A stretch of DNA of 63,255 bases, counting the filler, from Stramenopiles sp. TOSAG23-2 (lineage: Eukaryota), in NCBI GenBank assembly GCA_900128395.1. It is 3 parts of 3 records of this genome, joined end to end, with 100 filler letters (N's around TTAATTAATTAA, not from the genome) between each part and the next. Parts side by side here need not be neighbours in the genome. Positions count along the whole stretch, not along the records: positions 30,868 to 61,537 come from LT649380.1; 2 more parts are not named here. The stretch is one strand, 5' to 3'. Shown here in pieces: positions 50,950 through 61,637 of the stretch. Each line of letters begins with the position of its first letter. Within the stretch, counting starts at the first letter, position 1. The notes beneath the pieces are model-generated. The model was given only the letters and a program-made list of their open reading frames with translations, did no database searches and was not told the DNA's origin. The position numbers and the translations under genes are program-made.

Positions 50950-52905
50950 TTACAACATTGTACCGGACGATGGACCTAAAGCTAGCTCTTCAGAGTTTAA
51001 ACTTTTTAATACTAATTTTTTCCCTTCCTCACTTAATTGGCGTCTCAATGCTAATGCTGGAGCGCGGAGAATAGTTGAAGAAGATGATGATGATGCACTC
51101 TTTGATACATCATCATCACTTTTTTTTTTCCATTTGCTATTACTTTTTACTTTACCATTTTCCCACACTTCTTCTCGATATTTACCATTTTTAGAAGTAA
51201 AAACACCTGGTCCGTGCATTTGCGAATTCTTATATTCTCCAACATAGATTCCACCATCTTTATCAATATAAGTGCCGTGTCCCTCTCGTTTTCCATTTTT
51301 CCAACCACCTGTATAATTTGCACCATCTGGATACCAAGTATATGTTCCTTCGCCATCCATGTGGCCATCTACATAATCACCTTGGTACACATCCTTGTTT
51401 TCATAAACTTTTTTTCCTTTTCCATGTTCTTTCCCATTTTGCCATTCTCCAACATAAATTGCACCACTTTTATAATGGTATACCCCAAATCCTTGTCTAA
51501 AGCCATCCTTTAATTCGCCTTCATATGTACCTCCTGTTTTGTATGTATATTTTCCATGTCCATCCGCTTTATTTTGTTTGTACTCCCCTTCATATACGGT
51601 ACCGTTTGCATAAGTATATCGGCCTTTGCCCTCTCTATTGCTCATTACGAAATCACCTATGTAAATATCACCATTATCACCAAATACACGTTTACCATGA
51701 CCATGCATTTTCCCATCTTTCCATGGACCTTCGTACGTCCCGCCACTTTTACCCCATGTATATTTCCCGTTACCCACTCTTCTTCCATCAATAAAGTTAC
51801 CATCGTATACATCACCATATTGAGCATAAAACTTTCGGCCTTTGCCGGTCATCTTCCCTTTAATCCAGTCACCTTCATATATATCTCCATCTTCCTTGCC
51901 GCCCTTCCAAACATATTTCCCTTTTCCATGTCGTTGACCACTTACAAAATCTCCAGTATAAATATCACCATGTTTGGAATATTTTCTAGTGCCTTTACCT
52001 GTCATTTTACCATCTTTCCAATCACCAATATAGAAATCGCCGTCATGTGTACCACCTTTCCATATATATTTGCCTTTACCATGTCTAACATTCCCTCGCA
52101 TCTGGCCTTCATATACATCTTTAACCGACCCATACGTTTGCTTTTGGATTTGAGCACCATATTTAACTTTTAAATCAATTAGAAAATTTTTATCATTTTC
52201 CCATTCCCCTTCATACACTTTTCCATTCACAGTCATTTTACCTTTACCATGCCTTAAATCATTTTTAAATTGACCTTCATAAAAATTGCCATTGGAATAT
52301 GTATATTTACCTTTGCCATTGATTTTATTATTTTCCCACTCGCCAATGTAAACATCACCATTTGGATAGTATTTCTTTACAACACCATGTCCGCCACCAT
52401 TTTCTGAAATTTCCTTTATAATTGCATCTTTAATTGGATACGGGCTTGCATGTGCGTTATCCAATGGTGTTTCTCCATCATTATCTTTTTGATTAATTAT
52501 TTCAAACGGCAAATTTTGTTGCATTAAATAATGAACTACATCTGGTGTCTTTTTACTATAATATGCAGCAATATGTAAAACATTCCAACCTTCACGCTTT
52601 GTACGAATACTAGTATCAGCATTATTTTCCAATAAAAATCTCACGACATTTAATCTTTCATACCTTGCGGCTGCACCTAATGGTGTGAATGTAATATTAC
52701 GACTAGTTTTTCCTTCTTTGTTAATATTAAAATATATATTAGATTTTTCTGATGTCACCATTTTTTGCACATCTTCAATATTTCCTTTTTCACAAGCTAC
52801 AATTAATGGGTCACCTTTTGGAAAATCTTTTTTATATTTTTCATGCAGCGGTGTCCATGTAATATCTTTATCGCCATTGCTATATTGTCTCGTCAACGTT
52901 GTCAT
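50950..52905 (-). CDS. Ankyrin-repeat plus multiple MORN-repeat protein
   Basis: Ankyrin motifs (PLIVACEKG, TPLGAAAR, GETPLD) followed by many Y.G.W..GK..G.G MORN units. First ATG is at 52905. Confidence 0.9.
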   Translation of the reverse strand: MTTLTRQYSNGDKDITWTPLHEKYKKDFPKGDPLIVACEKGNIEDVQKMVTSEKSNIYFNINKEGKTSRNITFTPLGAAARYERLNVVRFLLENNADTSIRTKREGWNVLHIAAYYSKKTPDVVHYLMQQNLPFEIINQKDNDGETPLDNAHASPYPIKDAIIKEISENGGGHGVVKKYYPNGDVYIGEWENNKINGKGKYTYSNGNFYEGQFKNDLRHGKGKMTVNGKVYEGEWENDKNFLIDLKVKYGAQIQKQTYGSVKDVYEGQMRGNVRHGKGKYIWKGGTHDGDFYIGDWKDGKMTGKGTRKYSKHGDIYTGDFVSGQRHGKGKYVWKGGKEDGDIYEGDWIKGKMTGKGRKFYAQYGDVYDGNFIDGRRVGNGKYTWGKSGGTYEGPWKDGKMHGHGKRVFGDNGDIYIGDFVMSNREGKGRYTYANGTVYEGEYKQNKADGHGKYTYKTGGTYEGELKDGFRQGFGVYHYKSGAIYVGEWQNGKEHGKGKKVYENKDVYQGDYVDGHMDGEGTYTWYPDGANYTGGWKNGKREGHGTYIDKDGGIYVGEYKNSQMHGPGVFTSKNGKYREEVWENGKVKSNSKWKKKSDDDVSKSASSSSSSTILRAPALALRRQLSEEGKKLVLKSLNSEELALGPSSGTML

Positions 52906-53406
52906 GTTGTCCAATCTTTGTTCAACATATATGTATATATGTGTATAACTATTTCTACACATAATATAATATATATATATATAATATATATATTAATATA
53001 TATAAAAAGATCAGAGGGAGAGAAGAAAAGATATATTATTAATTATTACTATATTATATATTTTATAATACCTGGTATTAAAGTAGACGACTATTTTACA
53101 GCCTAGCGGGCTAGGTATTAATAAGGCCATTCGCGTGTAAAATTATTTTCGGCATTATAAAGCATGTGCATGTGCATGTCATTTGTAGTCTCAAAGTCTC
53201 AAAATCTCAAAAAATCACACTTTTTTTTTAAACACCGATCTCCTTAAAAATCAAATTCAAATATTTATATTATATTTTTATTACTGTATATTCTTTATTC
53301 AATATACAATTATGTTATAAGCTTTAATAATGTAAAATAGAGAAACGTTTACATCCTTCATCTCCCCTTTCTACCAAACCTTGGTTCTACCAGAATTCAT
53401 ACCACT

Positions 53407-54951
53407 ATGGCGTCACTCCTGACAACATCAACAACAACGATAGTAAAACCGACTAAACCGCCTAAACCACCAAACTTATTCAAGGAACCACTACGCGTAT
53501 GTATTGATGTAGAAATTACAGATACAAGTTCACGTGATATCGACGATACTTTATTATTAATGTTAGTTGCTAGTGATCCCAGGTTTGATATTGCTTGTGT
53601 GACAGTAACTCCCGGATCAAGGGAGCAAATACAAGTAGTTCGTTGCATACTTCACCTTGCTGGAAAATCTACTCCTCTACCACCCATAGGAGCAACAGAT
53701 TGGGGCAATAAAAAACCGGAAAAAGTTAAATTATGCAAAAATGCGAGATATCTTTTAGATTTGAATGAAGAATATGCAATTCAAGCCAGTGCAGATTTTA
53801 GTGATATTCAAGATGCTGGAGAACTTTTGGCTAAACATTGTGGAAAGAACACGACCGTAATAACAGGGTCTACGCTTGAAAACTTAGCTTCTGCTCTCTC
53901 GTGGTGGGAGTTGAAACAAGAAGGTGATATATTTTGCAAACGTTGGATCGGCCAAGGTGGATTTGTGTCCGATACCCATGTCCCTAACAATTTTCGCGGT
54001 GGTACACTTGGGGGTGATACGTGCACTTCTTATAATTTACAGAAATTACAGGCAACTAATGGTGTTTTAAAGGCTGTAAAAGATGGGCGGATTCTGGAAG
54101 GTCTGCTCGTCTCCTCAAAACGCCACCGATTGCCAGCCAATGAGTGGGGCAATGGATGGAAGGTACGGATGGCAATGGCATCAAATCCAAAAAAAGGAAA
54201 AACAGAAAAAAATTACAACGAAAAATTTTACAACAAAGAACGTCGAGATACCCTGAAAGCAATACTGAGTTTAAATATCCAACCGAACAAAGCTGTTCAT
54301 GATTTAATGTTACTTGCTGTTTCTATTTTTCCTGGAGTATGTTCCTGGACAAACATGGTTTCCTTGAAAAGGAAAAAAACAGGGGCCGGCGATGATGGTG
54401 GTGGTGGTGGTGATGATGATGAAAAAGAAGAAGAAGAAGAAGAAGAGCAGCAAGAAGAAAAGGAAGTTATTAAAAATTTAAAAGGAATATTGAAAATAAC
54501 GTCAAATCCGAATGTACAGAAGAAAAAGGAAGACGATGTTTCGATTCAAAAAAATATTCAATGGAAAACAGAATCAATACCTCCTCCTGCACTTAATGAG
54601 GATTCTAAAAATGTCGATAAAAGAGGTGTAAGAATGGCGTACATGCACAATGGCATTGATTATTATACGCTGGTCTTGCCTCTCTCAGAGAAAGCCGAAA
54701 CAGAATTTCAAGAACAAGTAAGTGAGAAGGAAATTAACTTTAACGAAGCAGAATATTCAAGGAAAGGTAAAAAATACAAATATTTTGATTGCTTTAAAGA
54801 TGAAAAATATAAATATTTCAAACCCATTGTCGTAAAAGGCGCAAAAAAAGATTATCCAAATGGCAAAAAGAATAGTAAAAAAAAGACTGGGAATGAAAAA
54901 GTAAGGGGGAAGAAAAAAAGGGCCAGGAATAGAGGACCAAAACATCGTTAA
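53407..54951 (+). CDS. Inosine/uridine-preferring nucleoside hydrolase-like protein with acidic and basic low-complexity inserts
   Basis: N-terminal CIDVE...DIDDTLLL Asp cluster, CVTVTPG, QGG, YNL and VHDL motifs. Confidence 0.65.
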   Translation: MASLLTTSTTTIVKPTKPPKPPNLFKEPLRVCIDVEITDTSSRDIDDTLLLMLVASDPRFDIACVTVTPGSREQIQVVRCILHLAGKSTPLPPIGATDWGNKKPEKVKLCKNARYLLDLNEEYAIQASADFSDIQDAGELLAKHCGKNTTVITGSTLENLASALSWWELKQEGDIFCKRWIGQGGFVSDTHVPNNFRGGTLGGDTCTSYNLQKLQATNGVLKAVKDGRILEGLLVSSKRHRLPANEWGNGWKVRMAMASNPKKGKTEKNYNEKFYNKERRDTLKAILSLNIQPNKAVHDLMLLAVSIFPGVCSWTNMVSLKRKKTGAGDDGGGGGDDDEKEEEEEEEQQEEKEVIKNLKGILKITSNPNVQKKKEDDVSIQKNIQWKTESIPPPALNEDSKNVDKRGVRMAYMHNGIDYYTLVLPLSEKAETEFQEQVSEKEINFNEAEYSRKGKKYKYFDCFKDEKYKYFKPIVVKGAKKDYPNGKKNSKKKTGNEKVRGKKKRARNRGPKHR

Positions 54952-55699
54952 ACAACACGGTGTGTGAAATTGTTAATGTATATCACATATCATATATCAT
55001 ATATAATATTTTGTGTTTTAATTCAATTATGGTGGTTCGTAACTAATCATACCGTTTGGCTTTTTAAAATGTGCACAAGTGAATATAGATAAATTATGTG
55101 TGTGTAAAATAATGTGTATAAAGTATGATATTGACTTTCACTTATCATATTCATATATAAAAAATTCTCTTATTTATAAGTTAAAGATTTTATTTACTCA
55201 TAATGTTATATTCACTATATAAGCCAAGTTTCAAATTCATCATTGTGAAACTTGGCTTGAAGCCAAGTTTCAAAAGTAGAGGGATATGTGTAGTTACCAG
55301 AAATAATTAATACTATTACCTAACCTGCATACAATAAATATATATATATATGATTTATATATATCATATAGTGAGTAAGAGAAATATATATATATCATAT
55401 AGAGAGATATATCATAATATGATTAGAGGTCAAATATAGAATGTTATGATATGCATATCATACATAATTATAATGCGTATCATATGCATACATACATCAT
55501 ATCTTATTGACACGCACACATTGTGAGAGATAGACACATTTAATATTTTGACTCTGGTTAAAGTTATTCTTTTGAGAGTCAGGAATTATTACGAAGTGTA
55601 AGGTGTATGATATATGCATATAAAAAATAAAAAATACGCGTACATAATATCATATCATACTCTATGATAAAATCACATATATATGTGTTTTTCTCTTAC

Positions 55700-55739
<40 letters not shown>

Positions 55740-55903
55740 TATTGAGCATATTACTCGTATTTACCATGAGAAGTAAAACTATTATTAACTTATTCGTACG
55801 TAGATTTTAACACCATCTTTATCAAATTATCTCTCTGTATCATATACTTCTCTCACTGATACTTCGTATTAGAGTGATATATCTGAGATATAAAATTAAC
55901 AAT

Positions 55904-57106
55904 TTACCCTGGTGGTCCGTATCGTCCATCCCATTCATCATAATCAAATACGTTTGTTAACATGAAAAAATGAATTAAGGCAGCCAATTCACCTTCGTCT
56001 TCAAAACCATCTGATTCAAAGACTTTTATACTTGCACGTTTAGCTACTTTACCTAATGCTGTTCTTGGCCAATTATTAGTGCTTTTTCCATCTTTATATA
56101 TATCCACTAATTCATCTGCTAAGCCACCAGTACCTTCTAAAACTATGATTGGGTAACCAAGTTCAGTTGCAGCCTTTACATGTGGTAAATCCAATTCTTC
56201 CGCACCGCCAATTACTACAACGACACATTTACATTTTCGAACATGTGTTATTGCATCTACTACATTCAATGTTGCCTTAGGAAAGTCGTCGTCATGGCAA
56301 TTAAATATAACATGTTGATCGTGACCCCAATGCAAACCTTCCGGTGGAGTATGATCTTTTTGACTATTTGAAACACCTATTAATGGAAATGCTGTCCTTA
56401 TTTCCTTTGGAAATTTAACATCACCAGCACACCAATCTATTCCTCCATCTAATAAAACTCCATCCCCAAATTGCACTGCAGTCGCAATACCTCTACTCAT
56501 AAATTTCATAGCCCGAAAGCGTTTTTCTGGAGTTAAAGTATTGTAACGCCCAATGCACCAGATCACTGGCCGTGGTAAAGTTCCCTGTAAACATCGAAAG
56601 TCATTAACAAGACTTTGAACTTTATTCATTTTTTTAGCTGGTATGTAACAAATGTCTTCGGGGTGTACAGTTGGTTTCGCTTCCCATTTTGATCGTTTTC
56701 TATGTGTAGAATATTCATTTTTTTCCATAAGCAATTTAGTATTCATACTAGCGTTTGAATTTATAGATGGTCGTGGTGTTTTTTGAGCAACAGGTGGAGG
56801 TGAAGGTTTTATTTCAGCTTTTTTCTCAACTTCTTTTTTAGATCTACTAAAAAACGATTTTTTCTTTTTCGGTTTAGGTTCTGCTTTCGGTTTTTCAGGC
56901 TCTTTTGGCTTTGGTTCTTCCACGTCTTCCGACTCAGATACTACTGTTTCCTTTTCTTTCCCCTGTTTATTGTCTTCTTTTTCTACTTCTACAACTTCCT
57001 CGTTTGGAACAGGTGGAGCTTCTTCCTCACCTACATCGACTTCCTCTCCTTTTGTTTTATCACCATCATCTTCGCCAAATAGTGCACCATCATCTTTATC
57101 TGCCAT
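55904..57106 (-). CDS. SLOG (LSDAT/TRPM N-terminal-like) domain protein with charged disordered N-terminus
   Basis: VLLDGG, FPLIGV, HDQHVIF, VVVVIGG and PIIVLEGTGGLADEL motifs. Confidence 0.75.
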   Translation of the reverse strand: MADKDDGALFGEDDGDKTKGEEVDVGEEEAPPVPNEEVVEVEKEDNKQGKEKETVVSESEDVEEPKPKEPEKPKAEPKPKKKKSFFSRSKKEVEKKAEIKPSPPPVAQKTPRPSINSNASMNTKLLMEKNEYSTHRKRSKWEAKPTVHPEDICYIPAKKMNKVQSLVNDFRCLQGTLPRPVIWCIGRYNTLTPEKRFRAMKFMSRGIATAVQFGDGVLLDGGIDWCAGDVKFPKEIRTAFPLIGVSNSQKDHTPPEGLHWGHDQHVIFNCHDDDFPKATLNVVDAITHVRKCKCVVVVIGGAEELDLPHVKAATELGYPIIVLEGTGGLADELVDIYKDGKSTNNWPRTALGKVAKRASIKVFESDGFEDEGELAALIHFFMLTNVFDYDEWDGRYGPPG

Positions 57107-57821
57107 ATTTTTACAATGTGTAAATTATATATATATATATATATATAAACTACGCGTGAGAGAATTTTAAACAATAATTATTTGTATATAATTAAACGTA
57201 TTATTATTGTATAATTACGTTGTTCGTTTATTTTTCCAGTATTTATTATTTACTGTATATAGATGTATACAGTCGTATGTATTATATCTGTAAGATTTAC
57301 CATAATAGTATTCAATGCTAATTTTATTATTAGAAGTTATAACTGACAATAATTATAAAATATTCTTAAATAAATATTTAATACTATAATAATATTAATA
57401 TTAATACTCCGGAAAAAAGAACCTGATGTGGTTCTACTAAATTCGAACTATTAATACCCGGTATTCATATAATACAGTAAAAGGCTGGGAAAATAAAAAA
57501 AAAGTCTGTGTTTTCTCCCTGGTTTTGTGTTGGGGACACCTCCTTAAAATATAATAGAAATAAAAAAATGTCCGAAAAAAATAAAAAAAAAAAAAAAAAA
57601 AAGCAGTTTTTTTAGTAGTGTAGTAACTTTCAACTTTCAATACTGTGTTTAATAGATTTTGGATAAATGATATAATATTCGCGACACTAATTAGAAAGTT
57701 ATAGGGTTTATACGGGTATTATGCGTTTAGCAAAATTTTTATATACAAACAGAGCAATAAAAACATAATTAATTTAATAATATATATAACAATAGAGGAA
57801 ACCAAGTATAATTGTACAAAG

Positions 57822-59150
57822 ATGACAAATGGTACTAGCAAACAGGAAAAAACAGAAGAAAAATATACATTGGGTCATACAAAATTAATTTTTCAATTAT
57901 GGTCTTCGTATATGACTATGATGGCTTCGCGTGCAGTAGTGACGCAAGGTTTAGCCATGGCAATACAAAATAAAGATTTAATGACGACATCAGCATTTGA
58001 TACAATGTCAACATATGCACAATTAGCCTCTACGTTTGCCAAGTTAATTGGGGGTACGTTGGCTGATTATGTTGGTGGTAAAAATACTTTTACATTTGTT
58101 TTAGGTTCATATGTATTGGCTATTTTAGCAATAGCAAGAGCAAAAGCAACAAGTACAATAATATTTGCATGGACTTGTATCTTAGGTGCCGGTGCACTTG
58201 CATGGCCATCCCATGCTATTATTTCAAAACCTTGGGTCCAAAATCTATCGCCATCCGATAAGCAATTTTCTATTAGTATGTTGAGCACATCCAGTCGTAG
58301 TGGTGCTTTTCTTGGTAGCGCAATTGGTGCATGGTTATTAACAAAATTGAATAATGATTGGCGTCGACTTTCATATATAACAGCATTTTGGTGTTTAGGT
58401 ATGTCTTGTTTAACCTATTTCAATATTGTAGAACGTAATAATGGTAGTGGTGGGAAAAAGAATAATGCTACTGCGAGTATTATTAGTTTGAAGAAAGATA
58501 CGGAAAGAAAAACAAAGGGAAAAAAAGAACTATCTGGTGGCGAAATTTTGAAAATTGCATTGGGTGAACGTAAAATATGGTTAGTATACTTGGGAAGTGC
58601 ATTAACATTCGCTCCGTATTGTATTGCAAATGGTTTACCTGTAATATTATTAGAATTTTTTAATATGCCATCTTCACAAATAGGCTTCGTTAGTGGATTA
58701 TTCCCATTAGTAATGGTACCAAGTGTTGTCATCGGGGGCGCAATACTTGGACGTTTAGATGAATATAAAAAAGGTGTATTTAACTTAATAACTTGTGGTA
58801 TTTCCGGTGCAGCATTTTTGTTTTTGGCTACAAAACCACGTTTATCATTAGTTGGTCCAACATTAGCCGTTGCTGCAGCTACGATGGTTACTCCGTTCTT
58901 TATGACTCCGGGAAATTTTTGCCCTGTATATGGTGGCAAATATGCTGGAACATTTACTGGATTAGTTGATCTTCCAGGAAATATATTAACTACTATAACA
59001 TTGGCATTATATCCAACAATGAAACGTATTGGTGGATACCCATTAATATTTCGTGTTTACGCATTGATGATGTTTGGAACAGCAATTTGTGAATATGAAT
59101 TTCATCGACTTGAATCTATCAATCCAACAGTTGAAAGTCCATTTGATTAA
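57822..59150 (+). CDS. Major facilitator superfamily transporter (organophosphate:Pi antiporter-like)
   Basis: About 12 hydrophobic segments, KLIGGTLADYVGGK (MFS motif A), AWP and STSSRSG. Confidence 0.85.
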   Translation: MTNGTSKQEKTEEKYTLGHTKLIFQLWSSYMTMMASRAVVTQGLAMAIQNKDLMTTSAFDTMSTYAQLASTFAKLIGGTLADYVGGKNTFTFVLGSYVLAILAIARAKATSTIIFAWTCILGAGALAWPSHAIISKPWVQNLSPSDKQFSISMLSTSSRSGAFLGSAIGAWLLTKLNNDWRRLSYITAFWCLGMSCLTYFNIVERNNGSGGKKNNATASIISLKKDTERKTKGKKELSGGEILKIALGERKIWLVYLGSALTFAPYCIANGLPVILLEFFNMPSSQIGFVSGLFPLVMVPSVVIGGAILGRLDEYKKGVFNLITCGISGAAFLFLATKPRLSLVGPTLAVAAATMVTPFFMTPGNFCPVYGGKYAGTFTGLVDLPGNILTTITLALYPTMKRIGGYPLIFRVYALMMFGTAICEYEFHRLESINPTVESPFD

Positions 59151-59560
59151 AACCCCCAAAAAAATACAAACATCATTTTTTTATAAATCGGGTGTGTGCC
59201 AGAGGTGTACCAGTGTGCAGTTCTTTTTGAAATACTGTATCAGAGTATTGTTATATTTCTTTTTATAATTTTTTAACTGTCCAACAAAAATACAAAAGAG
59301 TTCGTAAAATTAATACGGAGACCTCATTACCGAAAATATAATACACTGTGGGTAATATATAATTTCAGGGTGTCACATAATGATACAGTATAATTGACTA
59401 ATATTTTATATATGATACTTTTTATTTACGAATTTACTGCGCTCCAAATTTTTACGAAAATTTAAAATGTTCCCGAGCTTTAAAATTTTATTCTCGCTAA
59501 TGCCCTTTATCCAGATGAAGAATCAAATTGTTGTTGTTGTGCCTGTCATTTTCACCGAGT

Positions 59561-60439
59561 TTATACACCACCACGATAAAATTCTTTAGTATCGTTTCCA
59601 CGTTTTGCATTATCTTGCTCGGAGGTACCATCAAAAACCATTAAGAGATAATTTAACACATTCTTGCGATTTCTTTTTTTCGCCCATTCGATGGCATTTA
59701 AATTAAAAGTATTATCCTTATGATATAAATCAGTTTTGCTATATTCGCAAAGTAGCTTGCAGCTTTCAAAATGCCCACGTTCTGCTGCCAATATCAATGC
59801 CGTCTTACCAGTTGTTGTAATAGCATTTACGTTTGCTGGGTGTTCTAACAAAAGGGCTACACACTTGGATTCATTGTGTCTTGCTGCATACATAATTGGT
59901 GTCCATCCAACACGATCATAAATTTCTGTATCAGCACCTTTTTCTTTAAGCAATGTTTGTAAAACATTAAAATGACCATTAATAACACAAGCATGCAATG
60001 GAGTGAACATGTTAATTTCTTCCACAAAATTGACGTCTGCATCTTCATGCTTTAACATTGTGCGAACTTTATCAAGTTGACCACGTGTACATGCAAGTAC
60101 TAAATTAGTATTATGTAAAGATTTCCTTCTTTTTATAATATTTGCATCGTCTTCATTCTGTTTTTCTGTACTCGTTTGCGGCAGCTTTCCTGGCTGGGCC
60201 TCATTGACTTTGCTTGCAAAGTATCCATCTTCATCTTCATCATAATCAAGCGATAATTTACGTGTAATGGAACCTTCCAAATCAACCTTTCCTTCATAAA
60301 TTTCATCAACTGGAAGATCATCATCATTGATCGTATTGTTATTAAGTAAATCTTCCAAATTTGTTATATTATTATTATTATTATTATTACTGCCATCATC
60401 ATTGCTTTCCAATGAATTGGAACGGGATAAACTTGTCAT
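59561..60439 (-). CDS. Ankyrin-repeat protein
   Basis: TPLHACVINGH, GWTPIMYAARHN and GKTALILAAERGH after an acidic/Asn-rich N-terminus. Confidence 0.9.
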   Translation of the reverse strand: MTSLSRSNSLESNDDGSNNNNNNNITNLEDLLNNNTINDDDLPVDEIYEGKVDLEGSITRKLSLDYDEDEDGYFASKVNEAQPGKLPQTSTEKQNEDDANIIKRRKSLHNTNLVLACTRGQLDKVRTMLKHEDADVNFVEEINMFTPLHACVINGHFNVLQTLLKEKGADTEIYDRVGWTPIMYAARHNESKCVALLLEHPANVNAITTTGKTALILAAERGHFESCKLLCEYSKTDLYHKDNTFNLNAIEWAKKRNRKNVLNYLLMVFDGTSEQDNAKRGNDTKEFYRGGV

Positions 60440-61537
60440 CTTTTTGAGGTTTTACGTATTTGTTTATATATGTTTGCTTAAAATAGATGTAATCTATTTC
60501 TTTACACTAATTACTGTTTTTGTTTTTATATTGTATGTTCATTATCTATATCGAGCGAGTGGATGTTGCATTAATATATTTTATTTATCACATTTTTCGA
60601 CCCAAATATGGCCATTATTATGGTGCTTATCATCAGAATTAGAAAAGAAGAATATTTTAGAATTGCAACAATTATTGAAATAGATGTGTACATTCTAATT
60701 TCTAATTCATATTATTATTATAGTTAACTGTGTAGTATACTGTACACATCTCCTATATGTTCACAACAGGCTTTTAGGCCATGCTGTGTCCATGTGTCCA
60801 TGTTCAAAAATCCAGTTTTCGAGCCTATGCTGTGTCGCTGTGTTTTTTTCCATGCTATTCTTATGCTACTATTCTGAACCCTACTACACAACTCTATAAC
60901 ATTGCCCCTTCACGGCGTGGCCAAAACATTCAAATTTAGACATAGGAGTTTTGGTGTACTTCCACAGGAAAACTAGTAGTCTTTTATGGTTTTTGGCAGA
61001 AATGGAAGTAATGTTTTTCAGTTTACCTATCACTTTTTATTATACTTTGTTGTATACTACCGGCAAAGGTGTCCATCATAATAAAAAATGATAATTTTTT
61101 GATTTATTATTATTATATTATAGCAGCTATACGCACTACACCTACAAATATATATATTGATTAAAATATTATACACATAATCATATCTACAACTATAAAT
61201 ATATATATATATATAGTTATCAAACGTACACATTTATATATTTATCTATATTAACAAAATCATGACAAAAGCGACAAATAGTAAAGCATATCAAACACGA
61301 CCTAAAAAGAAATTTTATAATTGCAAATCATACATCTACTTCTATATTTCTTTCTTGTATATATATAAATGTTTTTATGGAACATAAAATAAAACTTCTG
61401 AAGTTTAAGTGGAAAGCTGGATGCAATTATTAATAATATGGAAATAGCATTACACCATACCTCTCATTTTACATAATTTCAATCGTTTTCAATGCTATCC
61501 CATGCTAATTCATATAAAGTATGCCATTATATTTTCA

Positions 61538-61637
61538 NNNNNNNNNNNNNNNNNNNNNNNNNNNNNNNNNNNNNNNNNNNNTTAATTAATTAANNNNNNN
61601 NNNNNNNNNNNNNNNNNNNNNNNNNNNNNNNNNNNNN
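61538..61637. other. Artificial contig linker N44-TTAATTAATTAA-N44
   Basis: Same 100-nt spacer as at 30768. Confidence 0.97.

Noticed and set aside
55698-55739. (TA)n(GA)n and other microsatellites, and AAT runs in genes
   Set aside because: Ordinary simple repeats and poly-Asn tracts for an AT-rich protist genome.
30768-61637. TTAATTAATTAA flanked by Ns, twice, as a biological motif; gene linkage across these points
   Set aside because: Identical symmetric 100-nt six-frame-stop spacers are contig joiners, so adjacency across them carries no information.
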